Below are positions 7,845 through 17,025 of a DNA stretch of 57,917 nt, piece after piece (the first letter of the stretch is position 1; each line of letters starts with the position of its first letter). This stretch comes from a virus (taxonomy: Duplodnaviria; Caudoviricetes). The stretch spans positions 1 to 57,917 of IMG/VR virus record IMGVR_UViG_3300042389_000654. One strand, given 5' to 3'. Both the position numbers and the translations under genes were made by a program. Below the pieces are notes generated by a model. That model ran no database searches, was not told the origin of the DNA, and was given only the letters and a program-made list of their open reading frames with translations.

Positions 7845-8246
7845 ATGTCAAATCCAATTATAACAATGACAGGTCGTATCGGAACAGAACCAGAAATGAT
7901 TAATTATTCTGGCGGTAAGGGAATTAAATTCCGTATGGTAACAAGTGATAGAGTTAAGAACAAATCTGGAGACTGGGAAGATAAAGATACTTCTTGGTGG
8001 AATGTTGAAGCATGGTCAAGAGTAGCAGAGCAGGCACAACATGTTCTTAAAAAGGGTCAAGAGATTACGGTTGTGGGAACTATTAGAGAAGAGTCTTATA
8101 TTGATAAGGCTGGCAATAATAAGTTTGTTACTCAAATTAAAGCTAACAACATTTCTGTTAGTGTTTATAGCCTACAAAAAAACTTAGTTGGATCTGCGCC
8201 AAGTAAAGATAACTCTTGGAGCGTTGATGGTGACAGCCCATTCTAA
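7845..8246 (+). CDS. ssb: single-stranded DNA-binding protein (bacterial SSB type)
   Basis: OB-fold motifs (TGRIGTEPE, WWNVEAW, KKGQEITVVG) and acidic C-terminal DGDSPF. Confidence 0.9.
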   Translation: MSNPIITMTGRIGTEPEMINYSGGKGIKFRMVTSDRVKNKSGDWEDKDTSWWNVEAWSRVAEQAQHVLKKGQEITVVGTIREESYIDKAGNNKFVTQIKANNISVSVYSLQKNLVGSAPSKDNSWSVDGDSPF

Positions 8247-8247
8247 A

Positions 8248-8349
8248 ATGTTTTGCTCTGTTTGTGGAACTAAGCTAATTAATTCAGACTGCAATAGTTG
8301 TTTTAGTAACTCTAATGCGTTAAAAGAATTTGAGGATGAGGATGACTAA
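8248..8349 (+). CDS. small zinc-finger protein (33 aa)
   Basis: MFCSVCG...CNSC, read by hand. Confidence 0.5.
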   Translation: MFCSVCGTKLINSDCNSCFSNSNALKEFEDEDD

Positions 8350-8557
8350 CTGGACTGAAGAACTATCTGATGAACATAAAGAACAGATTTGGCATTTTAT
8401 TGTCGAAACTGTTAAAGATATTCGTGAACAAATTGCTCAAGACATTGAGGCTACTAACGGTCTTTGGAAACAAACTAGTGCTGGTAAATCTAGGAAAACT
8501 CAAAAAGCATTTGCAGTATCTGCTGCAATCGCAAGGGGACAAAATGAAAAACTATAG
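8342..8557 (+). CDS. hypothetical protein
   Basis: IREQIAQDIEA...AAIARG; start MTNW. Confidence 0.65.
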   Translation: MTNWTEELSDEHKEQIWHFIVETVKDIREQIAQDIEATNGLWKQTSAGKSRKTQKAFAVSAAIARGQNEKL

Positions 8558-8572
8558 GTTAGGGGGATACCA

Positions 8573-8665
8573 GTGATAAGTGTATTAATAGCAATAGCTT
8601 CTTTTGTTGTAGGATATGTTGCATGTTATTTTATTATGACACATAATGTAGATCAAAAAAAGTAA
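8573..8665 (+). CDS. small single-TM protein (30 aa)
   Basis: GTG start after GGGGG; hydrophobic ISVLIAIASFVVGYVACYFIM. Confidence 0.45.
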   Translation: MISVLIAIASFVVGYVACYFIMTHNVDQKK

Positions 8666-8666
8666 T

Positions 8667-9041
8667 ATGAAAATTTGTAGTAAATGTAAAATAAACCTAG
8701 AGGATTCAGACTATTCTCCTTCCTCTGGGGGAAAATATTTAAGACCAGAATGTCGCAATTGTGCTAAAAAACTTTCTAAAGAAAGAACAGAGTTAAGAAA
8801 ACTTTATGGATACCCGAAAGATGGGTATGTGTGTCCAATTTGTCTTAAAAATGAAGAAGAGTTAATAGGAACTGGTGGCAATGCAAGTGTTTGGGTAGTT
8901 GACCATAACCACACTACAAACACATTTAGGGGTCATTTATGTCATAATTGTAATCGAGGCCTTGGAGTTTTTCAGGATGATCTTAATAGATTACAAAGAG
9001 CAATAGACTATTTAATTGGCAGCAATAGCTCAGTTGGTTAG
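8667..9041 (+). CDS. endonuclease VII-family (His-Me) nuclease
   Basis: CPIC...VDHNH...RGHLCHNCNRGLG..D signature plus N-terminal CxxC pairs. Confidence 0.85.
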   Translation: MKICSKCKINLEDSDYSPSSGGKYLRPECRNCAKKLSKERTELRKLYGYPKDGYVCPICLKNEEELIGTGGNASVWVVDHNHTTNTFRGHLCHNCNRGLGVFQDDLNRLQRAIDYLIGSNSSVG

Positions 9042-9095
9042 AGCCCCGAACTCATAATTCGGTCGTCGTAGGTTCAAGTCCTACTTGCTGCACCA
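9019..9095 (+). tRNA. tRNA with CAT anticodon (elongator Met or Ile2)
   Basis: Acceptor GCAGCAA/TTGCTGC, anticodon arm CCGAA-CTCATAA-TTCGG, TTCAAGT, CCA; the G1-C72 pair argues against initiator. Confidence 0.9.
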
Positions 9096-9141
9096 ATAAA
9101 GATTATTAAAAATTTGTGGTATAATTTGGTATGGAGGAAAA

Positions 9142-9963
9142 ATGAACTATACTCAACCGATTGAATTTCCAGGACTAGAAAACGTAATAGAAAATGTAAA
9201 CTTATATAAACAAAAGTTTTTAGATGATTCTATTGTTGTTTTTAGAAATGCCAACCTAACTTACGACGATCAGTCGTTTTTACATTCTTCTTTAGGAACA
9301 CCTTTTATTTATTACATTGACACTGAAGGTGACGACAGAGCAGCTAGATATATTGAAAATCATTCTGAAAGAAATTTAATTGAAACAGCAACATCTAATG
9401 ATATTTTGTTGCCTTGGCATATAGAACATCTTTACGCAGGCAATTCAAAAGTAACAGCAACATGGAATATGACAAAATTTACTACAGATATTGAAAATGG
9501 AAAAACATACTTTATAGATTGTGAAAAAGCGTATAACGCAATGCCAGAAGAATGGAAAGCTTTTTTAAATGCTTGCAAGATCAATAACCCAAACCCAGCA
9601 ACTGATGAAAATTTAGATGACTTTTCTCCAATTGTAAATCATTGGATTACTGGAAACCCAACACTTAGACTTGCACCTAGAAAAAATAACAATAGTGGGT
9701 CTACACTTAGATCTGTTTATAATAGAGAAGCAACAGAACTTGAAAAAGCATTGTTTGAAGAAATCTTTACTTGGTTTGGCAATTACGTTTATGACAATGA
9801 AGAAGAAAGAATTGTCCATAAATGGCAACAGGGAGATCTTTTAATTGTTGACATATTTAAATTAGCCCATGCCGTTACTGGTGGATTTAGCCCAGACGAT
9901 AGAGAATTTATTGGTATGTGGGGATTTAAGAATCCAACAGTTCCAAGCAACACTTTGCCTTAA
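9142..9963 (+). CDS. TauD/TfdA/CAS-family 2OG-Fe(II) dioxygenase
   Basis: IVVFRN, WHIE (HxE), GKTYFID, HKWQQGDLLIVD...H motifs. Confidence 0.8.
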   Translation: MNYTQPIEFPGLENVIENVNLYKQKFLDDSIVVFRNANLTYDDQSFLHSSLGTPFIYYIDTEGDDRAARYIENHSERNLIETATSNDILLPWHIEHLYAGNSKVTATWNMTKFTTDIENGKTYFIDCEKAYNAMPEEWKAFLNACKINNPNPATDENLDDFSPIVNHWITGNPTLRLAPRKNNNSGSTLRSVYNREATELEKALFEEIFTWFGNYVYDNEEERIVHKWQQGDLLIVDIFKLAHAVTGGFSPDDREFIGMWGFKNPTVPSNTLP

Positions 9964-10042
9964 AAATACTTTTAAGCCATACTTTATCTATTATTTGTAA
10001 AAACCAAGAACAACTGTGTGGTAAAATAAACTATGGAGAAAA

Positions 10043-10861
10043 ATGAAATATACTGATCCAATAGAATACCCAGGCATGGACTTTTTTTTAGAAAACATGG
10101 AAATGTATAGGGAAAAATTTTTAAATGATTCTATTCTTGTTTTTAGAAATGCAAATTTAAACCTTACAGAGCAATCATACTTACACAAAGAATTGCGAAA
10201 CGTCTTCAATTTTTATAATTTTAATAATGCAACAGATAAATTGCACAAATATGAAGAAGACCACTCAAAAAGACAACTAATTGATGTAGCGGGAACTAAT
10301 GACATTCTATTGAACTGGCATATGGAGCATACATATGAAAGCAATCCCATAGTTATCTCAACCTGGAATATGATAAATTTTTCTACTGACCCTGAAAATG
10401 GAAAAACATATTTTATGGACTGCCAAAAAATTTATGAAGATATGCCACAAAATTGGAAAGATTTTTTAATTAGTTGCAAAGTAAATATTCCCTTTTTTAC
10501 TGACACATTTAGGCCTGATGACTACTCTCCAATTCAATCCCATTGGATTACCTCAAGCCCATCAATAAGAATGATTATTGGAAAAGAGTCTGGCAAAATT
10601 AATAAACTTATGTCTGTAAATAACAACGAGCCAACACAGTCTGACAAAGATTTATTTGAAGAAATTTGTTTTTGGATTGGTAACTATGTTTATAATAATG
10701 AAGAAAGTAGAATTGTTCATAAGTGGCAACAAGGAGATTTGGTTATTCCAGATTTGTTTAAGCTAGCTCATGCTGTTACTGGAGGCTTTTCTCCAGAAAA
10801 TAGAAAATTTATTGGCATCTGGGGTTTTAAGAATGCAGTAGATACAATCGATGTTTCATAA
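10043..10861 (+). CDS. TauD/TfdA/CAS-family dioxygenase, tandem paralog
   Basis: Same motifs (WHME, HKWQQGDLVIPD, LAHAVTGGFSP); clearly similar to 9142-9963. Confidence 0.8.
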   Translation: MKYTDPIEYPGMDFFLENMEMYREKFLNDSILVFRNANLNLTEQSYLHKELRNVFNFYNFNNATDKLHKYEEDHSKRQLIDVAGTNDILLNWHMEHTYESNPIVISTWNMINFSTDPENGKTYFMDCQKIYEDMPQNWKDFLISCKVNIPFFTDTFRPDDYSPIQSHWITSSPSIRMIIGKESGKINKLMSVNNNEPTQSDKDLFEEICFWIGNYVYNNEESRIVHKWQQGDLVIPDLFKLAHAVTGGFSPENRKFIGIWGFKNAVDTIDVS

Positions 10862-11438
10862 AGATGGATTTAAAAAAATAGGTGAAGGCATATATATTTA
10901 TAATAATTTTGTTACAGAAGACGAATGTAACTATATTGTAAATATTGCCGAATCTTTTTCGGAAAATGAATGGTCTGGAAGATTTAATACATCTGAAGAA
11001 GGTCACAAAGCATTAACTGTAGATATAGATCTTATATCCCAAATAAAAAAAAGATTATCAAATAAATTAGAAAAAGGAATTTACCTATCGGAAAACCTAA
11101 GTGTTGTTAGAATGAAAAAAGGAGCAACGTGGGGGCTACATTCTGATAATCACGACTCTTTAAAGATTAGAGAAAAAAGTAAACAGTATAAAGATGGAGA
11201 TGAGTTTACTTTAGAAAAAAACAACTTATGGGGAGTAATTATGTATTTTAATAAATTTGAAGGGGGAAATTTATACTATCCGAATCAAAATAAAACTTAT
11301 CAACCTAAAAAAGGTGATCTTGTAATACACAGTGCAGAAGACCATTGTTTGCATGGTGTAAATGAATTAAAAAGTGATGTAAGATATTCTAATTCTAGTG
11401 ACTTATTTAATTTAATAAAAGTGCCAAAAGGCATTTAA
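10851..11438 (+). CDS. prolyl-4-hydroxylase-like 2OG-Fe(II) oxygenase
   Basis: HSD...YFN.FEGG.L...P..GDLVI...HGV......RY. Confidence 0.8.
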   Translation: MFHKDGFKKIGEGIYIYNNFVTEDECNYIVNIAESFSENEWSGRFNTSEEGHKALTVDIDLISQIKKRLSNKLEKGIYLSENLSVVRMKKGATWGLHSDNHDSLKIREKSKQYKDGDEFTLEKNNLWGVIMYFNKFEGGNLYYPNQNKTYQPKKGDLVIHSAEDHCLHGVNELKSDVRYSNSSDLFNLIKVPKGI

Positions 11439-12127
11439 ACCTGTTCATGTTTTGTAGGACTGTTAAACATTCTAGACAGCACTTTATCAAGTGCTAAACC
11501 AAAAGCTTGATCTTCAGTAGAAAGAAATGTTGAGTGCTCTGTTATTTCATTTGATCTGGCTGAATGCCTTTTATTTGTATAAATCTTAACATCTTCTATT
11601 TGACTTCCACCAACATTATAAACGTTTCCATACATTGATCTCCATAAACAACTAGGATATTTAGATATAATATGTTTTAGTTTTTCTTTTTTCATAAGCA
11701 TTGGTATATGTAATTCATAGTCAAGTGGATCTTTTATTCCACACCCAAATAATTTATCTCTTGTTAGCATTAATTTTTTAATATACATTGATGATCCAGT
11801 TATTTGTATATACCTATCTATTTTAGTAGACAACAAACCATTATAAAAATGATCTATTTTATCTATCTTTTTTATAATAAAGAAATCATCATTCATTAAA
11901 ATAAATTCTTCTGATATTTCATTTGAATCACATATAGCGTGTAGATTATTAATAGCATTGGCATACTTGTGATGGTTTTGTTCTATGGGTATGTAGTTAC
12001 CAGAATACCATCTAGGTTTACCGCCAACTAGCCAAATGTTAGCATCTGGAAAACTATATAGGACAGACCTGATAGAGTATCTTAACTCTTCATTGTCCCC
12101 AGGCTTACATATATAAACAAAATCCAT
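11435..12127 (-). CDS. Stealth-like (hexose-1-phosphotransferase-like) protein
   Basis: DFVY, NEELRYSIRS and FILMNDDFF resemble Stealth conserved regions CR1/CR2. Confidence 0.55.
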   Translation of the reverse strand: MDFVYICKPGDNEELRYSIRSVLYSFPDANIWLVGGKPRWYSGNYIPIEQNHHKYANAINNLHAICDSNEISEEFILMNDDFFIIKKIDKIDHFYNGLLSTKIDRYIQITGSSMYIKKLMLTRDKLFGCGIKDPLDYELHIPMLMKKEKLKHIISKYPSCLWRSMYGNVYNVGGSQIEDVKIYTNKRHSARSNEITEHSTFLSTEDQAFGLALDKVLSRMFNSPTKHEQV

Positions 12128-12190
12128 AACCACCACACCTTTTACATAATTATAGCAGAATCTGGTATACTTATATCAATACAGGATTGG

Positions 12191-13156
12191 GTGGATTTAG
12201 TGGCAAATATAGTTTTTCTTGGTAACTTTGAAGTGTCTTATAGTAGTGAAAATCATCATGTTAAGTCTTTAGAGTCTCTTGGGCATACCGTTCAAAAAAT
12301 GCAGGAAAAAAAAGCTGGTAGTTCTGAAATATTAAATGCAGCATTAAAGTCTGACCTATTTATATGGGTTCACACACACAGATGGCAAACCCCAGGATCT
12401 AGATCTATGACGGATGTATTAAAAGAATTAAAGTCTGCTGGCATACCTACCATGACATATCATTTAGATTTGTGGTTTGGCATTGAGCGTGAAAAAGATT
12501 TAAAGAATGATGACTTTTATACAAACATAGGTCACTTTTTTGCCACAGATAAACTAATGTGTGATTGGTTTAATAAAAATACAGAGGTTGTGGGACATTT
12601 CTTGCCTGCTGGAGTTTATGATCAAGAATGTTATATTCATGAAGACTACGATTCAAATAATTTTGAAAATGATATTATATTTGTTGGCAGCAAAGGCTAT
12701 CATCCAGAACATAAATATCGCCCAGAGCTAATAGATTTTTTAAGAAAGACATACGGTAAAAGATTTTTACATGTTGGTGGAGATGGCGATACTGGGACAG
12801 TTCGTGGCAATGCTTTGAACCGTATCTATGCAAAAAGTAAGATAGCCATAGGTGATAGTTTAAACATTAATTTTAACTATCCTTACTACACTAGTGATAG
12901 ACTGTTTGAAAGCACTGGTCGTGGTGGTTTTACTATCTACCCTCGGATTAAAGGACTTGAAGAATATTTTAAAGATGAGCAAGAGATTATATTTTATGAG
13001 CATGGAAACTTAGAAGACTTAAAGAATAAGATAGATAACTACCTAGTGCATAATATATCAAGAGAAACTATAAGACTTGCAGGGCACCAAAGAACTAAAA
13101 ACGAACACACATATGTCCATCGTTGGGCATCAATTATAAAGGAGCTAGGACTATGA
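12191..13156 (+). CDS. GT-B glycosyltransferase (CgeB/YkvP-like)
   Basis: DIIFVGS, SDRLFE..G.GG and HTYVHR motifs. Confidence 0.8.
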   Translation: MDLVANIVFLGNFEVSYSSENHHVKSLESLGHTVQKMQEKKAGSSEILNAALKSDLFIWVHTHRWQTPGSRSMTDVLKELKSAGIPTMTYHLDLWFGIEREKDLKNDDFYTNIGHFFATDKLMCDWFNKNTEVVGHFLPAGVYDQECYIHEDYDSNNFENDIIFVGSKGYHPEHKYRPELIDFLRKTYGKRFLHVGGDGDTGTVRGNALNRIYAKSKIAIGDSLNINFNYPYYTSDRLFESTGRGGFTIYPRIKGLEEYFKDEQEIIFYEHGNLEDLKNKIDNYLVHNISRETIRLAGHQRTKNEHTYVHRWASIIKELGL

Positions 13157-13905
13157 TTTTTATTGAAAGGTCAGATATTAAATGGAAAACAGTTCCATAT
13201 TTACGTCAAGGACAAACAAAAAACTATGACTATAGACTAAAACTTAATGAGCCATTAGCAAATTGGGATGTGTGGGACTATTGGGAAAGTGAAAGAGTCT
13301 ATAGTATGCAAAAACATTTAAAAAAGGGTGATATATTTTTTGATATTGGAACAGAATCTGGATGGTGTAACTTAGCCTACGCCAATATTGTTGGCCCAGA
13401 AAACATGGTATTAATTGAGCCAACTCCTGAGTTTTGGGCAAATATTCATGCATTATGGTATAAAAATTATTCAGTAGATCCTTTAGCCTGCTATGCTGGA
13501 CTTATTAGTAATGAAACAACAGATACTCGTAAGGGCAACACCCTGAATGCCTGGGGAGACAAATATCTTGGGCCGATAATTGATAGGAATAAGTATATAT
13601 ATATTCATGATAACACAGAAAATATACCAATGATTAAATTAGATGATTATGTTTCTGAAGTTGGAATTGTTCCGAATGTTTTAAATATTGATGTAGAAGG
13701 TGCAGAGCTTTTAGTATTTAAAGGTGCAGAAAATACATTACGAAACAACAACTTAAAAATATTTGTATCTATTCATGATGATTTAGGTATGCGTGATTAT
13801 AATACAACTCCTGAAGATACAATATCTTATTTAGAATCGTTTGGCTATGTCGGAGAGTTTTTGGCAAAAAACCATGAAGCACATTGGTATTTTGAAAAGA
13901 AATAA
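13153..13905 (+). CDS. FkbM-family SAM methyltransferase
   Basis: FFDIGTESG, IEP, LDDY and IDVEGAELLVFKG. Confidence 0.85.
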   Translation: MIFIERSDIKWKTVPYLRQGQTKNYDYRLKLNEPLANWDVWDYWESERVYSMQKHLKKGDIFFDIGTESGWCNLAYANIVGPENMVLIEPTPEFWANIHALWYKNYSVDPLACYAGLISNETTDTRKGNTLNAWGDKYLGPIIDRNKYIYIHDNTENIPMIKLDDYVSEVGIVPNVLNIDVEGAELLVFKGAENTLRNNNLKIFVSIHDDLGMRDYNTTPEDTISYLESFGYVGEFLAKNHEAHWYFEKK

Positions 13906-13908
13906 TAA

Positions 13909-14757
13909 ATGATAAGGGCATATCTATATTCTTTTGATGAAAAAGACTGTGCTTCCGACAAATGGGATTATGGTTTATTAAAAGAAATATTTGATAAGTA
14001 TAGTATTGAACAGATAAAAGTAAACTCATTACCAGATGCTGATCGTGCATTTGTTGTTGTTCCTGGACCACAAAATCTTGGTCATGAGGAAGATGTTAAT
14101 AAAGAGTTACAAAAAATAGGCAGAGTAGTTTTATTTTTTACAGGAGATGAAGAAGTTAGGTTTGATTTAAGTAAGATTAATCATCCTAACATAGAAATAT
14201 GGATACAGACTCCTCATAAGAAACATAAAAAATATAACAAATTGCCATTAGGAACTCCACAACACTTAAAAAACTCTGTCCCAGAATATACTGAAAAAAA
14301 ATATGATATATATTTTGGTGGACAGATAACACATTCAAGACGACAGCAGCTATCTGATGCTATGAAAACCCTTTCTAATGCCCTTTTTAAGCCTACAAAA
14401 GGCTTTGCCCAAGGTGATCATCCAAAAGACTATTACGCCAACCTTGCAAGCGCAAAGATAGCCCCATCACCTTCTGGTGCAGTTGTAATAGAATCTTTTA
14501 GGTTTTATGAAGCTTTAGAAATGTTGTCTTTACCAATAGTGGATGCTGTTGATCCACAAGGAAATGTTATTAAGTATTATGACTTTGTTTTTGAAGGTGA
14601 AACACCAATAAAATCAATAAAGAATTGGCACTCATTAAGAACTGTAATTCCTGAATTATTAAATAGCTATCCTCAAAATATGCACGATGCTGTTTGTTGG
14701 TGGATTAAATATAAAAGAGATCTTGGTATTAAAATTATGAGGCAAATTAATGCATAA
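13909..14757 (+). CDS. exostosin/GT47-like glycosyltransferase
   Basis: DIYFGG...RR, SAKIAPSPSG and SFRFYEALE..SLPIV. Confidence 0.6.
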   Translation: MIRAYLYSFDEKDCASDKWDYGLLKEIFDKYSIEQIKVNSLPDADRAFVVVPGPQNLGHEEDVNKELQKIGRVVLFFTGDEEVRFDLSKINHPNIEIWIQTPHKKHKKYNKLPLGTPQHLKNSVPEYTEKKYDIYFGGQITHSRRQQLSDAMKTLSNALFKPTKGFAQGDHPKDYYANLASAKIAPSPSGAVVIESFRFYEALEMLSLPIVDAVDPQGNVIKYYDFVFEGETPIKSIKNWHSLRTVIPELLNSYPQNMHDAVCWWIKYKRDLGIKIMRQINA

Positions 14758-15511
14758 AAGAGATGTAACTATTGTAATAGCAACCTCTGTTTTACCAAGT
14801 CATCCCAGCACATCTATTATTGATGAAACAATTGCTGCCATAAGATTGCATTTTCCAGATAACGAAATTATTTTACAGATAGATGGATTGCGTGAAGAAA
14901 GGATGTCACGTAAATTAGATTATGATGAGTATAAGAATAGAGTATTATGGAAATGTCTTCACGAATGGAAAAATGTTTTACCAATAATTTTTAATGAGCA
15001 TAGTCATCAGACTACAATGATGAAAAAAACTATTAAATTTATTGACACTGCAGCAATGCTTTATGTTGAAGGTGATGCTCCATTAACCACTGATTGTGAA
15101 ATTGATTGGCAAAAATGTTTAGACATGTTAGAAAATAAAAAAGCTAATACTATTCGTTTTCATTTTGAAGCACAGATTCCAGAACCACATAAACATTTAA
15201 TGTTTGGTTTAGAAGATTGCTTTATGAAAACTGCACAATGGAGTCAGAGGCCTCACTTAAGCACTGTAAGATATTACAAAGATGTTGTTTTACCTTTTTC
15301 TGATGAAAGAACCTTTATTGAAGATAGATTTCACGGTAAAATTCAAGATGATTGTTTGCCTTATGATACCTTTAGTGAAGAAGGTTGGAGTTATCACAAG
15401 CTTTGGATCTATCATCCAGAAGGGAATATAAAAAGATCATACCATTTAGATGGTCGTGAAGGAACTCAAAAATTTACTACAGATGATAAAATATGGGGAT
15501 ATAAAGAATGA
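14750..15511 (+). CDS. GT-A fold glycosyltransferase-like protein
   Basis: VTIVIATS, YVEGD (DxD-like), WSQRPH and HLDGR; inside the GT operon. Confidence 0.55.
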   Translation: MHKRDVTIVIATSVLPSHPSTSIIDETIAAIRLHFPDNEIILQIDGLREERMSRKLDYDEYKNRVLWKCLHEWKNVLPIIFNEHSHQTTMMKKTIKFIDTAAMLYVEGDAPLTTDCEIDWQKCLDMLENKKANTIRFHFEAQIPEPHKHLMFGLEDCFMKTAQWSQRPHLSTVRYYKDVVLPFSDERTFIEDRFHGKIQDDCLPYDTFSEEGWSYHKLWIYHPEGNIKRSYHLDGREGTQKFTTDDKIWGYKE

Positions 15512-16545
15512 GATTAGGAATTATAGCAAGATCTGACAATACTGGTTTAGGTAATCAGACTATGGAACTTGTTAAGATGCTTAATCCTGATAAGATTCTT
15601 TTAATAAATTCCCAGTTTTTTAATAATAATAAGCAACATCCTGAATGGTATAAAGATTATAATGTTATTGAAACTAAAAAGGGTATGCCTAGAACCAACG
15701 AAGTGTTAGCATTTTTAGAAAACATCGATGTTGTTATTAGTTGTGAAACCTTTTATCATTTAGAGTTGGTTGATCTTGCTAAACAAAAAGGGATTAAAAC
15801 TATACTTCAGTATAACTACGAACTATTCGGTCATTTAGCACACCCAGAATGGACTTTGCCAGATGTATTGCTTGCTCCTAGTATATGGAACTTAGATGTA
15901 ATCGTGCAAAAATTTGGAAACAAAACACAAGTAATGCATCTACCACCACCAACAGATCATGCTTTATTTAATCAAGCAAAAGAAATAAATCTATCCAAAG
16001 ATCATAGGCGTATACTACATATTGCTGGTAAGAAAGCTGCAAAGGATAGGAACGGAACTGAAAGTATTCTTAAAATGATTAAATATTCTAAAGAAGATTA
16101 CGAATTAGTTATAAAATCACAGACACCTTTAAATCTTATCTGTAATGATTCAAGGGTAAAAATTGAAATAGGAAATCCCGATAATAGACAAGATATGTAT
16201 AGTGGGTTTGATGCTATGGTTTTACCTAGACGCTATGCTGGTCTTTGTTTGCCTATGAACGAAGCTCTTATGAGTGCCCTGCCAGTTTTTATGACTAACA
16301 TATCACCCAATAATGCAATTCTACCATCGCAATGGTTAGCTGAATCGGGACAGATTGATAGTTTTAGAACAAAATCAATGGTTAATGTTTATGATGCAAA
16401 GTCAGATAGTCTTGCTAGAATTATTGATAAATATATTAAAACTAATGAAAAAAATGAAATCAAAGAATTCGCATACAATATTGGTATAAATAATTTTTCT
16501 GTTGATAGTTTAAAAAACAAATATTTAGATATTATAAATAAATAA
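15508..16545 (+). CDS. GT4-like glycosyltransferase
   Basis: DAMVLP.RYAGLCLPMNEALMSALPV GT-B signature. Confidence 0.8.
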   Translation: MRLGIIARSDNTGLGNQTMELVKMLNPDKILLINSQFFNNNKQHPEWYKDYNVIETKKGMPRTNEVLAFLENIDVVISCETFYHLELVDLAKQKGIKTILQYNYELFGHLAHPEWTLPDVLLAPSIWNLDVIVQKFGNKTQVMHLPPPTDHALFNQAKEINLSKDHRRILHIAGKKAAKDRNGTESILKMIKYSKEDYELVIKSQTPLNLICNDSRVKIEIGNPDNRQDMYSGFDAMVLPRRYAGLCLPMNEALMSALPVFMTNISPNNAILPSQWLAESGQIDSFRTKSMVNVYDAKSDSLARIIDKYIKTNEKNEIKEFAYNIGINNFSVDSLKNKYLDIINK

Positions 16546-16572
16546 AAAGGCCAGCCCATTTCTAGACTGGCC
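16540..16572 (-). terminator. intrinsic terminator where the two transcription arms converge
   Basis: - strand GGCCAGTCTA-GAAA-TGGGCTGGCC followed by TTTTTATTT. Confidence 0.8.
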
Positions 16573-16587
16573 CTCTAATAGAAGATA

Positions 16588-16854
16588 TTACTTCTTCTTT
16601 GTTGTTGTTGCCTTCTTCTTTGCAGGTGCCTTAGCAGCCTTCAGAGCCTCATCTACGGCCTTAGCGTCTGGCAAGACACCAAAAGCCTTATCATTTGGAT
16701 TAATTGCTCTTAATGCTACTGGAGCGATTGCAGCTACTAGAGCTGTCCACAAATCCTTTGGATCTGTTACTCCAGCCATGTATAGTGCTAGACCTGATGC
16801 AAGAACTGATCGACCATACGAAGCTAGCATTCCTTTTAGTTGTTCTGTATTCAT
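16588..16854 (-). CDS. putative holin / small membrane protein
   Basis: Two hydrophobic helices, NPNDKAFG, basic C-terminal tail, strong AGGAGG RBS. Confidence 0.55.
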   Translation of the reverse strand: MNTEQLKGMLASYGRSVLASGLALYMAGVTDPKDLWTALVAAIAPVALRAINPNDKAFGVLPDAKAVDEALKAAKAPAKKKATTTKKK

Positions 16855-16864
16855 ATTATTCCTC

Positions 16865-17023
16865 CTAGGATATAACTCGTGTTAGTATTGTAAAACCAAT
16901 CCATAAACCAATAATTCCTGCGACTCCCGCAAAAACTGGTGGTGCTGGAACTGGCAATTTGAATGCAGCAAACACGACGCCACATCCAAAACCTGTTATT
17001 GTTGATAGCACAATATCTTTCAT
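16865..17023 (-). CDS. XapX-domain (DUF1427) small membrane protein (52 aa)
   Basis: Read by hand: G..CGVVFAAFKLPVPAPPVFAGVAGIIGLWIG; missed by the ORF track. Confidence 0.75.
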   Translation of the reverse strand: MKDIVLSTITGFGCGVVFAAFKLPVPAPPVFAGVAGIIGLWIGFTILTRVIS

Positions 17024-17025
17024 TT

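Noticed and set aside
9019-9095. Initiator tRNA-fMet
   Set aside because: It has a paired G1-C72 and lacks the three consecutive G-C pairs in the anticodon stem
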